From NCBI GenBank assembly GCA_964658305.1, contig OZ210885.1:8556001-8620000 (forward strand): DNA of 64,000 bases, read 5' to 3'. This DNA comes from Leptogorgia sarmentosa. Its lineage: Eukaryota. The notes beneath the pieces were generated by a model. That model was not told the DNA's origin, searched no databases, and worked only from the letters and a program-made list of their open reading frames with translations. The position numbers and the translations under genes are program-made. This document shows positions 51,573 to 64,000 of this stretch, in pieces; position 1 is the stretch's first letter; every line of letters begins with the position of its first letter.

Positions 51573-51724
51573 TAGTCAGGTCAAGATTGACTTTGTTCAG
51601 CGCCTGTAGAAAAAGTGAAGCAACAAAATTATTTTAATGTGTATGCTTATGATACAGCTGTTTTTTATGGAATAGTTTTGTGGTAAAAAATTACATGTAT
51701 TTAGTGTGCATGTTTATGATATTA

Positions 51725-52823
51725 CAGTACCGTCCTCGAGTAACATACACTCGACTCGCGCGTAGCGAGTGCGCGCGAGTCACTCGCGAGTCGTTCGAGT
51801 ACTCGCTTGACTCGCTACTCGCGAGTACGCGCAAATCATGTTGGCAAGAAATACTCGCTTCACTCGCAAAATAGATCACTCGCTGCACTCGCGAGTATTT
51901 CGAGTCTGCGAGTATAAAACCGGTAAAAACACTAAAAATACTAAAAATCAATTTGTTAATGTAAAGTTTATGTAGACATAGGTACTCACCGCGTCATCAG
52001 GTATAAACACACATATAATAATAACAAAAAACCAACGCAGGCGCTTTTCCCGTATTCGGTCAAAACTCCGTTGTCCTTGTATTCGATGAAAAGTCCCTTC
52101 CATAAGTTTTGTCAGGTTTGATGGCCGCATAGAGCAGAATGAATCACCGAATTTTGTATAGGTTATTTTTATTTACAGGCAGAGCAACGCGTTTATACTG
52201 AAATGAATTGTTATGAATGCCAAGTTGACATGTTATGAATGCAAGTTGACATGTTATGAATGCGAAGTTGACATGTTATTAGCATAACAGTGATACAATG
52301 AGCGATGAATTTGCATTTGTTATTTGCGCTCAATTCAATTGAGACATCTTCATTGTCGCGTTGCTCTGCCTTTGGATAAAAATAACCGATTCAAAATTCG
52401 GTGATTCCTTCTGCTCTAAACGGCCATCAAAGCTGACAAAACTTATGGAAGGGACTTTTGATCGAATACAAGGACAACGGAGTTTTGACCGAATACGGGA
52501 AAACCGCCTGCGTTGGCTATTTGTGATTATTACATGTGTGTTTATACCTGATGAAGCGGTGAGTACCTATGTCTACATAAACTTTACATTAACAAATTGA
52601 TTTTTAGTGTTTTTAGTGTTTTTACCGGTTTTATACTCGCAGACTCGAAATACTCGCGAGTGCAGCGAGTGATCTATTTTGCGAGTGAAGCGAGTATTTC
52701 TTGCCAACATGATTTGCGCGTACTCGCGAGTAACGAGTCAAGCGAGTACTCGAACGACTCGCGAGTGACTCGCGCGCACTCGCTACGCGCGAGTCGAGTG
52801 TATGTTACTCGAGGACGGTACTG
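51725..52823. mobile_element. Foldback-type pogo/Tc1-like element with ~465-bp TIRs
   Basis: TA|CAGTACCGTCCTCGAG...CTCGAGGACGGTACTG|TA; near-identical arms; central ~21-bp tandem x3; CTCGCGAG-rich subtermini. Confidence 0.9.
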
Positions 52824-54669
52824 TAATTTCAAAGTGATGGCTACACTATAATTGTTTGTATATATTACCGTAACACAATTGATATGTAGAAAATCTTCCT
52901 CTTCAAACCCATTATTACAGTATCCCTACCATAAAATCAATAATCTTATTAACATCCACTATTTTTTATGTGTTTTCATTTTTAGTGCATAATTATGTCG
53001 TTGTTCATATCCATGCATGTATTCACGCAATCCTGTAGCTATACAACTAAGTGCATAGCTACAACAGTTATATACACACACTACACGACAACTATAAAAA
53101 ACAAATGCATATGTATTTCCTAACAATTTTTAATTATATAAATATAAAAAAATGTTTGTTGACACAAAAACGCCATAAGATATATGTTATCAAAACGCTA
53201 CAAGATATGTCATTACGCAAACGTCATCCGTCACAAGGATTAGCGTCAAAATTATATACACAATGATTTTTTGTTTAGTAGGCTTTTTTAAATCAGAGAA
53301 TAGGTAAATTACAGAACAAAAACTGAGGGTTTTTTCTGTGTCATACTTGTCGGTACGGAAATGTCATCCATGGCAGGGATTATCACTGTCTCAATTTGTC
53401 TTCAACATCTCACCTCGTGTATCAACAGTTGCCAATAATTTCTTTGTTATCTCTATTACTTAAACGCCAAGGATTGAATAGTTCTATCATACCGTTCACG
53501 GCAAGTTGTGAGAAGCACTCCGTATACAAGTCTCTCTACCTTATACTCCACGTTCAAATATAGAGACCATGGCCATTAATCCTTTGACAAATGTCGCTCG
53601 ACAGCACGAAAGTACTTGGACATCCCTTGAAAGGCGCGTTTCGAGAAAACACTATTCCTATTCAAGCCTTTTTCCAGAAGACGTCCTAACATTTTTCCGA
53701 AACAAGGCAATCTTGGTTGGCAGTTCCATTGGCTATTTCGCACCCGCACTCCTCACCACGACTGCGTTCATTCTGGTGAACAATGATACGAAGGACTAAC
53801 CACCATCCAAAAAGATCACGGAAATGGAGAACAACGAAATCTTTCATGCAGTTGAAGGATGCAGTGAAGCCGGAGATGTTGGATTTCCTCTTTGAAGGCC
53901 GGGCGGATGCACGGTCAGCGGCTTGAAGGGAAAAGGACAGAAACCATCTCAACCAGTATAAGGCCCCATCGAGTGCCCTCAAGATTGGTTACGCTATTAA
54001 AAAGGCGGCACTGACCGTATAAATTTGCAAGGTAAGAATAAATTCCTATGACATAGTATTAAGGACCAAGTACACCTTGAAAAATTTCAAAGCAAGTCTT
54101 TAGTACTCAGTCCTATTGGTAATAAAAATGCATGGCATCGATGTGGTAACATGGCATTGGTTATATGAGCTTACAAACATTCTTTTAACATCTAGTACAA
54201 CGTAAAGCAAAGTACTATGAAGTAAAGGAAATGGTGGAGTTTAGAATATTTATGAACTTTAATTAAGAAAAGCAATAAACTGTACCGTGTTTTCAAAGTC
54301 ATTGTGCAAAAGTTTCAGGACAATTGTACAGTGATTAAAGCGGAGGCTAAGGAATGGTGGAAAGATTTCTTCGACTCTGCTTCAGACACATATATACGTC
54401 CGCGCCAATGAAACCAGAAACATGGCTCCTAGATGAACTGAAGTTACTGAAATTTAGTCATATTTGCGTGAGTGTACCAGAGTTGGATAATGAAAATAGT
54501 GAAATGCCTGAAGTTCCTGTTGGTGCGTCACCCGAAGTTTTGAACTTAGTGTCATCTCAGCTGGATCTATAAATTTATTTCTTGGTTAAATGGCGAAGCA
54601 AACATTCTCTCTGATTACTGATTTAGGAAACTACAACAATTCGCTTTTCATTGTGTTGTTCCTTACAGG

Positions 54670-55017
54670 TCTACGCAGGCCCCTACATGCGTCCGGCTGA
54701 AGTGCAATCGGTTTCCGATCTTTGCACCCATGTTAAAGAGTCGTCTTTCGTAGCTACCTCATTGTTAGGTCATAAGGATGTCCCAGTAATTGGTAAAGTT
54801 TTACAAAAAAAAAAGAAAACAATCACTATCCATTACTGGAAGGGGTTGTGGAACAAGAGGTGGGTTCCTTGTCTAACCGCGGAGGAAAGCCATGGACGGA
54901 CGAGCTTCCAAAAGAATGCTTTTATCTAACTGCGTTTGATCTTGATGAAATGTCCAAATTAAAAACCAGTAATAAAAGACAGATACGAAAATTTCTCAAG
55001 AAGAGCAACAAGGAATG
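54670..55017 (+). pseudogene. Decayed coding exon, probably transposon-derived
   Basis: Frameshifted reading PVIGKVL...IHYWKGLWNKRWVP/PWTDELPKECFYLTAFDLDEMSKLK after an AG acceptor. Family not identified. Confidence 0.35.
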
Positions 55018-55444
55018 AAGGTGTGATGTGTTTCGTGTAACATGACAGTAGGACAAAAATATTGTGTGCATTTGACGTCGAAACTTGTCATATTTAAATA
55101 TTATTAATTAATGGATGGTAAACTTCTATATATTAGAAATGAACAATCGTTTGAGTTTACAGCAAAAAGGTATCATCAGCCATCACTCGATGCAAGATCT
55201 ATATAGTTCACCGTATTTGTCAAAAGTATGTCGCTAATTTGCATGTCTTCAACCTTAAAGGTTTTAAAGCCACTTTACGATATATAGCTACCAATTGTGC
55301 TAAAATTTTAAAAATACTACTATCAAAAATACTTTCTAATAGCATGCAATAGAAAACTCAACAAATGCTGGATTGTTCAATGTGATCGCGGAAAGAAAAA
55401 TATATTCATATACATTCAAGTATGTGTATTTTCCTGTTTTTTAG

Positions 55445-55590
55445 GCAAATGAGATGAAAAACTCGATGTTAAAACCTGTTCGAGTCGACGCCGGATTAGG
55501 AAATCCACCGGTGGAGTACAAGAATAATGATTCCGAATCCGCCAATTTTATGATCAAGCATGATCTCAATTTTATTGCAAGGAAGTTTAG
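55445..55590 (+). pseudogene. Transposase-like fragment (possibly Mutator/MULE)
   Basis: MLKPVRVDAGLGNPPVEYKNNDSESANFMIK resembles the N-x-x-E-S-x-N catalytic-glutamate region. Confidence 0.35.
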
Positions 55591-57464
55591 TATTGATATG
55601 AAATAAATTCTGTGGAAATTAGTCCGATTGGTCTCGATGTTTCGAGGCCAGGCAACTCATGCATTACAGATGCTGGTTTTGGTGTTTTAAACGCAGCTTT
55701 ATAACTGAATTGTGACTGAATTGAAATTTCAACTGCTTGATCTCACAGGTTTTGTGAGAAATTGAGCCAAGATCCCAAAAGCGTCAGTTATTATCCAATC
55801 ATGTTTTCAAGTTGTTAATGAGCCCCATCCTTTTTATTTTGCAATTCGTGTAAAGCGGAAAACGTTCGATTGAAATGAAGCGCTGTGAGAGTGGCGTAAT
55901 GTTACAGTATGTCCTCGGTAAACGGGAGATAAAAACTGCATTCATTTTCAGAGCTTGAATTATGTTCCTGGAGCTTACACATCTCAAATTTTGTAAATTT
56001 TCTAAAAGGAGGCTAAGCAATGTAAAGCCAGTAGCCAACGCTACGAGGGCCTTGCCCTGGTAAGAGAAAAATTCAATATATTCGTCTTATAAGTTTTGAA
56101 TATTTTGTCTTATAAATAAGGTTTGAAGTTTGAGTATACCTGAGCGTGACTATTATGAGCGAATAGTCAACTCGGACCAATTGTGAAATATTCCCTGAAC
56201 TAATAAAAGCGCGAAAAATTTCTGAAAACACGCGTTCAGTTAGCCTAGGTATTTTAATATACTCTGCAGTCTCGTACATCTGCATGGCACTACATTTATT
56301 CAAAAATAGGTACACAAGTGTACATGTATTTGCACTCAAGCTACCAGCGCAGTGATACAAACTTGTCAATGCGCGACTTGTTGGGTCTGTCCCGAATGTG
56401 TCACCTTGCATGTATAAAATAGTATTCCTCTATCAATTAGCGCGACTGTTCTTCCGAAAGTACTGATTTCTGAAACGCGAGGTTGTGCGTTGAAGACTTG
56501 ATATAAGCTTTCATTTCAAATATCAAATTGCAATGGAATTCAACAGGGCGAGATACGATATGGCATATTTTAAAGACCTTCAAATTTATTGATGTTGTCG
56601 CGTCTTGCGATTGCTATTCGAAATATGTGGCTTTCTTTTTGACCAAGTTTAACCTTTGTATAAAACCACTTACATACAACATATTCTGCATGTCCATGTC
56701 TTTAAATTGTCATGCAATGTCGTTTTGAATTGCAATTGCGCACTTACTGAGATGTAGGATATCACAAGTAACTAAATTGCAATTTATGTATTCATGTACG
56801 TGTACTTTCAGGGCAAAGACCGGAGTTTAATGTATAGCAAATAACTTTTTATATTACAAATTTATATTAATAATCTGCTGATGACATCCGTGCACAAAAA
56901 CCTGTCCAATACCTACGCGAAATCTGGAACGATCGTGAATGGATAAAATTGAAGCCGAGATTCGGTATGTTTTTGACTTGGAAAATTACTGCATTTCATG
57001 CAATAGGACTGAGGTTTATCGGCAATAGAAAACTAGAATGAGGGTAAGATCTGGCTTAATAGCTGCCGAGTAAAACACATTTCATAAGGTAAATGTTTTA
57101 ACTTTGTCCGGGATATGCTTGATACTATTATAATTATATGGCAGCAATTCGAATCTATTTCCTGCTATTCGAATAGTTTCGTATGTTTTAGTAACAACGA
57201 TTTAAGGTCTGGTTTAAGGTATGTACAAATATGTCAACGCTCAACAGTCCGTATAGTATAATGACCAAAATTCATGCAACAACAGTATTTAGTCGGGACT
57301 GCTTTGATAAGCAAATTCATGATCATGTACATTACATATGACCATCACATAATGATCACCATCGTCACTTCCGCATTCGCCGTGGTATTGAGTTAAACTT
57401 GAACAAAATGCTACGCTTACTGCTTGGAAAATGGCATCTGGAAAACCTCTTAGCTACTAAGCAA

Positions 57465-57690
57465 AATCTAACGTTTGAAACCCGAAAGCTGCTTAACCAG
57501 GCGGGGTTGAATGCATCAAATTATGCCGGCCATAGCTACCGGATTGGTGCTGCTACAACAGCTGCTAAAGCAGACCTACCTGCATGACTCATCAAAACCC
57601 CAGGGCGGTTGTCCTCAGACTGTTACGAAAGATACATCAAAACACCAATGTCGACCTTATCAGGAGTATCTGCCGTGTTGGTCAAAACTA
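57465..57690 (+). pseudogene. Tyrosine recombinase C-terminal remnant (DIRS/Ngaro-type)
   Basis: YAGHSYRIGAATTAAKADLPA*LIKTPGRLSSDCYERYIK matches H-S-x-R-I-G-A-A-T...G-R-W-x-S...Y..Y. Followed by GGGGATCTTAACCCC repeats at ~57875-57955. Confidence 0.75.
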
Positions 57691-59119
57691 CGAGAGTTCG
57701 TAAAAAATTTATTCGAAAAAAACAAAACAAAACGAAAAACTAAAAACAAAAAATATGGGTTCGTCTATGGGCCGGGAATGCACTTTCCGTGTATTTATGG
57801 GGTTGAAGTGCTCCCAATGACTCAGGCCATAGACTCAATTATTCAATGTAATTAATTCCTAGGAACTGTCCAAGGGGATCTTAACCCCTTGGACAGGTTA
57901 ATGTTAGCGGGGATATTAACCCCCCTAACATTGCCGAATGGGGATCTTAACCCCTATGGCGTCCAGTCTCCTAGCGGGCCTATGTGCACCCCGCTGGGTT
58001 CCTTAACGAAAAATGTCTATGAGCCTATGAATACGTGTATAATATCTTGTTATTGTAATACAGCAGTACTTCATCCCCATGACCCATTTCATCCACACCA
58101 AATTTGTGTCGTTTCTGTGTGTTCTCAGCAGCTAATACTTTCTATTTCAAAAAGCACTTGGTCTATTAACACCCGATTAAAATCGTGAAAATAAAACTCT
58201 TTTGGGCGCAAGCCATTTTTGAACTGCGTTCAGCAACGCATTTCTTGCTTAGTGCTAACGTACGAGGGTGTTACACCGTAGGCTAACTGAAAGTTTTTGC
58301 ACATTTTGAGCGTTCGTTCAGAAAATATTTGAGTTGTAATCTTTTCCTTTATACACCCTGTCAAAGACAGGAACAGAGGCAGCCACATAGGTAAAATATT
58401 TAATACGTGCTGCCCGTTGTCTGCGTTCTAGATATAACATACTCTATACGTATACTATATATTACACAACGATGCAATACTTGAATTTCATATTCGACTG
58501 GCGAAAACAATATTTTACGACTCTTTATTATACAGTCGCAAATATTAATGACCCCCAGCCAGTAAAACTGATTATACTGTGTGCCTTTTGGTATCAGTAT
58601 GAAATGTATTTTCCGTTAAAAATCATTGAATCAAGTTTCAAAATATCTTGATTTTCTGTATCATGGTTTCATATGGTCATGTAGTTTTATTACTATATCG
58701 TATTTTTGTAATAATCGCAATCTTTTGTGTTCGGGTTTTGCTTGCATCGCTTTGAGCGTCAAAAAGTAAAGAACGTAAATAGTGCTCAGAGTTGTACAGT
58801 ATGCAAAATGTCGCCCAGCCTCAAGCTGATATTCATTTCAAATTCCCCAGTTGACGCAATATACCTTTCCCATCCGTACAAGTCTGTCTGAGATTTCTAT
58901 GTGGAGTTTATATTCATAAGTACATTAATTACTGATATTGTCCACATCAAGATGACCCCAATACACGGAAAATGACTGAGACTTGTTGTCGAATTCAAAT
59001 CCATTTTTCAATTGAAATCTCGCATAATATAATCTATTTCATTTCCATATTTCTGTGAAGGCTAAAGTTCTCATAACGAAACATAATTACAAAATTTCAA
59101 CTAGTTTAATACAGAATAA

Positions 59120-59649
59120 ATATAGGATATTACACGGTTGCGAGAAGATATGGATTTTATGTTCGAGTGGCAAGAACAATATCTCACGAGTGAGCGCAGC
59201 GAACGAGTGAGATATTGTTCTTGCCACGAGAACATAAAATCCATATCTTCGAGCGAACCGTGTAATGTTCTGTTTATTATATGGACTTATTCAAAGTGAC
59301 ACAAATACACAACAACTACCCATTTAATGCAAACATGCAGTCTAAAACACGACAATTAATGGCTTTAAAATTAGCCTTTAGTAAATATAGATTATAAAAT
59401 ACCGCTTTATTGTAGTTTATTGTAGTATTGTAGCTTTATTGTTCGTCGCAAAACGCACTAATATCGTCTTCGCTTAAATTCACAAACCTTGAAGTAGAAG
59501 CCATTTGTAAACAGCGAAAAAGGCGGGAAGGTTATGTCACCCCTAAGCGTGACATACGGAAAATACGCGCACCGTATCCCGGATGTAGTGGCGTATGAGT
59601 TCTACGAGTGTTTTAGTTCCCAATAAAATACCGCTGTCCATATAATAAA
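59120..59649 (+). mobile_element. Hairpin-plus-tail repeat (Crypton-like)
   Basis: ~150-bp hairpin with a GCA triloop and four GA/GA mismatches; tail bounded by TTTATTATATGGAC / GTCCATATAATAAA. Confidence 0.7.
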
Positions 59650-60587
59650 AGAAGATATGACTGAATAAACAAAAATATTTATATTTGAGTCATAAAAAAG
59701 GAAGGGTATGACAAAGAAATGATCTGAATATAGAAGGAGGAAAATTCGTACAGCAGACACCAAAGTTAATATAAAATCTAACATGTTACAGCAATTTACT
59801 GGGAAAATAGATATACCAAGACGTAAATTATGAAGCGAATCATATAATTCAACGCATCATATTTAACCGAAGTAAACACCCATGCAACTGTATCCTTCTT
59901 GCATGTGTAACAAGTTAACCCGGTGCGTAATAAACCATTTGAAAAGAGGATAACACATATATCAACATTGTGAATACAGTTAATTCTTATATTGATATCA
60001 TTGCGGTCAATTCCGTTGATTGTCAAAACTTTCAAGAACAGTACGAATTAAACATTAATTACAGAGGCGTGTACTAAGTATGTTTATTAATTAAAACCGT
60101 TCCGAGCCGGCGTTGGTTTTAAAAACATCCAAAACAACGCAGTATTAATTGCATATATGTTTGTTGAAATACCACTCGTGCTTCGCATATATTACAGTAA
60201 TTTAGCAGGATAATTTTACGAAACATAACTGCTGAATGCTGATACGATAATTGCGAAACGCCATACTTCATATACATTTAAACTCAATGTTTCCTGCACA
60301 CAACCCCCCCCCCCCCCGACGATTTGCGTGCTTGCCTCAATCACTAATACTGCATGTGTAAATTAAATTCAACAATTCCAATTCTGAAGGTAATTTTTTC
60401 AATTACTTTGTTACGTTTCAAGCAGTTTCACGCAACGAAGCAAACAAACTTAGCACTCAGACCGGATTTTTTAAATTTAAAATACATAATAATAAGTGTT
60501 AAAAATCGGGAGAAGTTCATCTTAGTTTGCTGAGAAAATAACCAATGCAACAATGTTGTATTAAGCAGTAAATTATTATTTTGACAG

Positions 60588-62881
60588 GTTGCGCGGATAA
60601 ATGCCAATGGAATTGTGCATCGTTCCAATTCAGTTGAGAGGCCTAGAATTGAAACAATTCGCGTGGCCCAGAACTTCCTTTTTGGTGTTCGTTCTTACAA
60701 GAGTGGAGTTGATAATGGAGCTAAAGTGGAAACATCGGTAATAAAGTGGAAACTGAACAAAGAGTGGGACGACAGGAATTCTCATGTTTTTACCAGAAAA
60801 GTTTTAAGGGTCAACAATTCTGGCAGCCATATGGCTATTTTAGGTAATTTATTTCATTTTTTAATCTCAATTGCAACAACGTGTGGTTGCGCAATTCTTC
60901 TAGTTTCAGCATAGCCTTACTCTCCGACATTCCGTCCACGCCCTTTTTTCCCCGTCCACTGCACAACTGCCTAGACACGAGTCTTTTCAAATCAACAAGA
61001 AGTTATCCAAGCAATGGAAGTAACATGCGAATATGCTGCATTTTGAACTTCCGAATGCGAAACCTCCCGTGCGAATATACCGCATTCCAGTAGGCTTAAC
61101 CTCTCGTAACACCACGTGCATTACCCGTTTGACTTGTAACTATGTTATCTAACAAGTATTCGCACGGAAATTTTGAGCATTGCCAACAGCTTAGTCTGTG
61201 TGCATTTTCCCCGAGCGAACGAGCATAAGACCTGGCGAGGGTACTAAGTCCGCCCGGCAATTTTCACCCGGGAAAATAAAAAAAAACCATGGCAAGTTGG
61301 AAGACCTGTCGTGGGTAGACCACCCACTGATCTGAGAAACACTGGATTATGCGAATCCTGCAATTAAGCCTATCACTCGTTTATGAGAAAATTGATACGA
61401 GCACTCTTTGCAGTCTTTCTTTAGCTCAGTGGTTCGTGTCTTAACCAGTCAGCACTCAGAAAAAGTTGTCCGAATAGAAATCCATTTCGCTATATATCCA
61501 CTCGTTTATATATACCTTCCGTTGTTCTGTATGAAACTAGTTGAAATTTTGTAATTACGCTGACAAAAAATATGTAATCAGAATAGAGTATATAATGGCA
61601 GAAATTCATTTGTTTCAATCGAAAGATGTATGCTACGCGACATCTAGTCTCAGTCCTTCTTTGTGTGTTGAGATAACCTGATCGATAGGCATGTTTCCAC
61701 ATTGGCTATATCGGTCAGCAATATTCCCTGACTAATAGACCCTTATGTCAGGGAGTTTTAGCTGCATGTTACGAAACGTCGGATTTAAAGCTATGTTTTT
61801 AGATAAGATTCGCTGAAAATATTTGCAGATAAGTCCCTGTTTACTCTACTAATATTCCCTAATAAATATGTTATGTAAAGAACTGCGAAAAGCGAGTTTG
61901 GTTGCAGTATACGTGAACAATTTCTGAGACAGCAAATTATATAACGTGCCCTCTGGACACCTTCCCCACAGGCGCTTTATGCTTTTAATAGAAATTAGGA
62001 ATTTGTGCGGGCTCAAGTCAAAGACGCGCGGGCAATTTTGACACTTGCGGGAAAGTTGAGGTGTCAAGACGCGCATCCCTAAATTTACGCCCGCACCTAT
62101 TACTAATTTCTATTAAAAGCATAAAAGTGACTGTTGAAGAGGCGGCTCGGTCCTCGAAATTGAATTGCCAGTTGCGACAAATTCCTTTGGGTAACATACC
62201 TGCAACATAAATCACAATGAAGCATAAATCACAATCAAAATCACGTCACAAATATTGGCAAAATAATTATTCTGTATAACGCAGCCGTTAGATAACACGG
62301 CTAACATTCCAAGATCAGCTTGCAAGTGATGGCAAAAATTGATTCACGTGAAATTCCGGTTCGATAAAATGGCTGTAAATCCAAATTAAAATACGTCTCA
62401 CGTTGTACCAAAATTGTCTTGTGAAAGAAGAACATTGGGTATGCACTGCGATCAAAATATTTCGTTTGTTTGGCTATCAATCTAAAATTGATCGAAAAAA
62501 TTGCCTCGCGTAACATTGCCTTAACAGGTTTAAAAATTTTAAATCACACTTTTAGGTCATGGTTCTTTGGTGATTGAGAACTTCAGAACTGGAAAGGTTC
62601 TCCAAAGATCTCCCATTAGAAATGTTGGACCTATCATAGCGTTGGCATTAGCGCCTGAGGGAGACTTACTTTTGTCGTGCTCGAAAGAAGACAAGACGCT
62701 GAAACTGTGGAACCTACCAATTGGAGAGTGTGTTGAAGAGTTTCATTTCGACCGGGATGTTTTAGCCATCGCATGTGGCTCAAATGGAATGGTTTGTGTT
62801 GGCCTGGCAGGAGGTCGGGTCTGCTTCCTTCGTCTTAATAAGTTATCCTCGCATTCAAAACAACTGCAACCAAAAGGTTGA
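60588..62881 (+). CDS. Last two exons of a WD40-repeat protein
   Basis: Exons 60588-60843 and 62556-62881 join in phase 1 (GT-AG). IIALALAPEGDLLLSCSKEDKTLKLWNL is a clear WD40 blade; stop at 62879-62881. Confidence 0.75.
61976..62127. repeat. Intronic inverted repeat / MITE
   Basis: TTTATGCTTTTAATAGAAATTAG / CTAATTTCTATTAAAAGCATAAA. Confidence 0.7.
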
Positions 62882-63767
62882 AGACTTTAAGAGAAATTGC
62901 AACATTGTCTGAAATGAATATTAAACGTGGAAACAAGGGTATGTGGAGTAACAATATGAATATTTCTTGCAATCAAAAATGCTCTAAAATATATATAAAG
63001 TAAAACAAAGACTCAAAAAAACCAAAATACAATGAAATTAACGCATTGCTGGAATTTGAGAGCCCTTGGAAGTCAAAAATCTGTAAACAGCGATTAAGAA
63101 ATTAAGATATACTTGTATTGTGCGTCCAGATTGATTAGAACCAAAATTTGAATAGAGTAAAATAATGGCTTGCATAATCATTCATGTACTCGTGGGATTA
63201 GCGTATTCTTAGGGCATTCAAATTCAAACAATGCGTTGATTTCAATGGTTTGGGGTTTTTTGGCACACCCTGTGTACTAATATTCGATTATGACTATTTT
63301 TTACCAAAACAACCAGAATTTCAAGTATTTCTGGAATCTCAAAAGTAGAGATATTGAAAAATATTTGAATGCTCCACCGAAATTATTACGTAATAAGCAC
63401 AATGGGTAGAATACGAGGAAAATATCATGTTCCAACACCTCGCATTTCTTCAAATATTCGTAATTCAGAATCTACGTGAAAAGAAAGATAGTGCAAAAAA
63501 TTGAGTGCCAGTTCCGTACGAAAATAGGCAGACTTCGTCTTTTCGTTGACTTCGACTGTTTGGTCTGCATGGTTAACTTTCAAACCTCGGTCTTCATGCG
63601 TTGACATTGGCCTCGGTTTGATATTTACCGTGCACACCTCATGCTTGGTCAGTAAGTACTTGATTTTTCACCATATTCCAAGATATCAGCGATCAATGGC
63701 TATATTTATCTCAAGTGCTGGTCGTTCTTACATGATACTTAAGATGGAATTTTCAGAGTAAATCTTA

Positions 63768-63982
63768 AGGCTGTTTTCCAGTTTTTTGTTTTCTGTTTTT
63801 CCTACGTACGTGTAGGCTCGTAAAAATTCATGAAATTGATTTCAACGTTAGTTTCTATGCAATCACATGAATTAATGTAAAGATCTCATACCTTGATTAA
63901 TAAAATAAAATATAGAGAGATATCAATTTAGACTTTTACGTGCGTACACGTATGTGTAAACCGGATAACTGGAATGCAGCCT
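63768..63982. mobile_element. PIF/Harbinger MITE
   Basis: AGGCTGTTTTCCAGT / ACTGGAATGCAGCCT with a TTA TSD. Confidence 0.75.
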
Positions 63983-64000
63983 TTAGTTGTGAAATTCGAA

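Noticed and set aside
51691..52851. Mirror-image ORF pairs (51691-51951/52597-52851 and 51948-52130/52361-52600) as duplicated genes
   Set aside because: They result from the long TIRs and show no protein-like motifs.
56812..56964. Upstream exon of the WD40 gene
   Set aside because: It has AG and GT boundaries, but all three frames contain stops.

Overview
AT-rich eukaryotic DNA with GT-AG introns and many transposons. It is probably from a cnidarian/anthozoan; this is inferred from the repeat and gene content, not proven. In order along the window: (1) the right end of a probable AcademH-type DNA transposon carrying a 3-exon RecQ helicase; (2) a full-length, decayed BEL/Pao LTR retrotransposon with a 5-bp TSD. 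It has no tRNA-type PBS, but has a perfect 11-nt complement to its own LTR, which suggests Tf1-like self-priming; (3) a 7-exon gene whose splice phases all join into a ~1493-aa protein: DZIP3-type HEPN, truncated NACHT, DED, CHY/CTCHY zinc fingers and RING-H2. This is an NLR-like front end fused to a Pirh2-like E3 ligase; (4) a ~6-kb cluster of about 20 tRNA genes and pseudogenes built by local duplication; (5) a Copia element with identical TG...TA LTRs; (6) many MITEs, some nested, and long hairpins punctuated by tandem GA/GA mismatches; (7) LINE, BEL, tyrosine-recombinase and transposase remnants; (8) the last two exons of a WD40 gene. All calls come from reading the sequence by eye; no searches were run.
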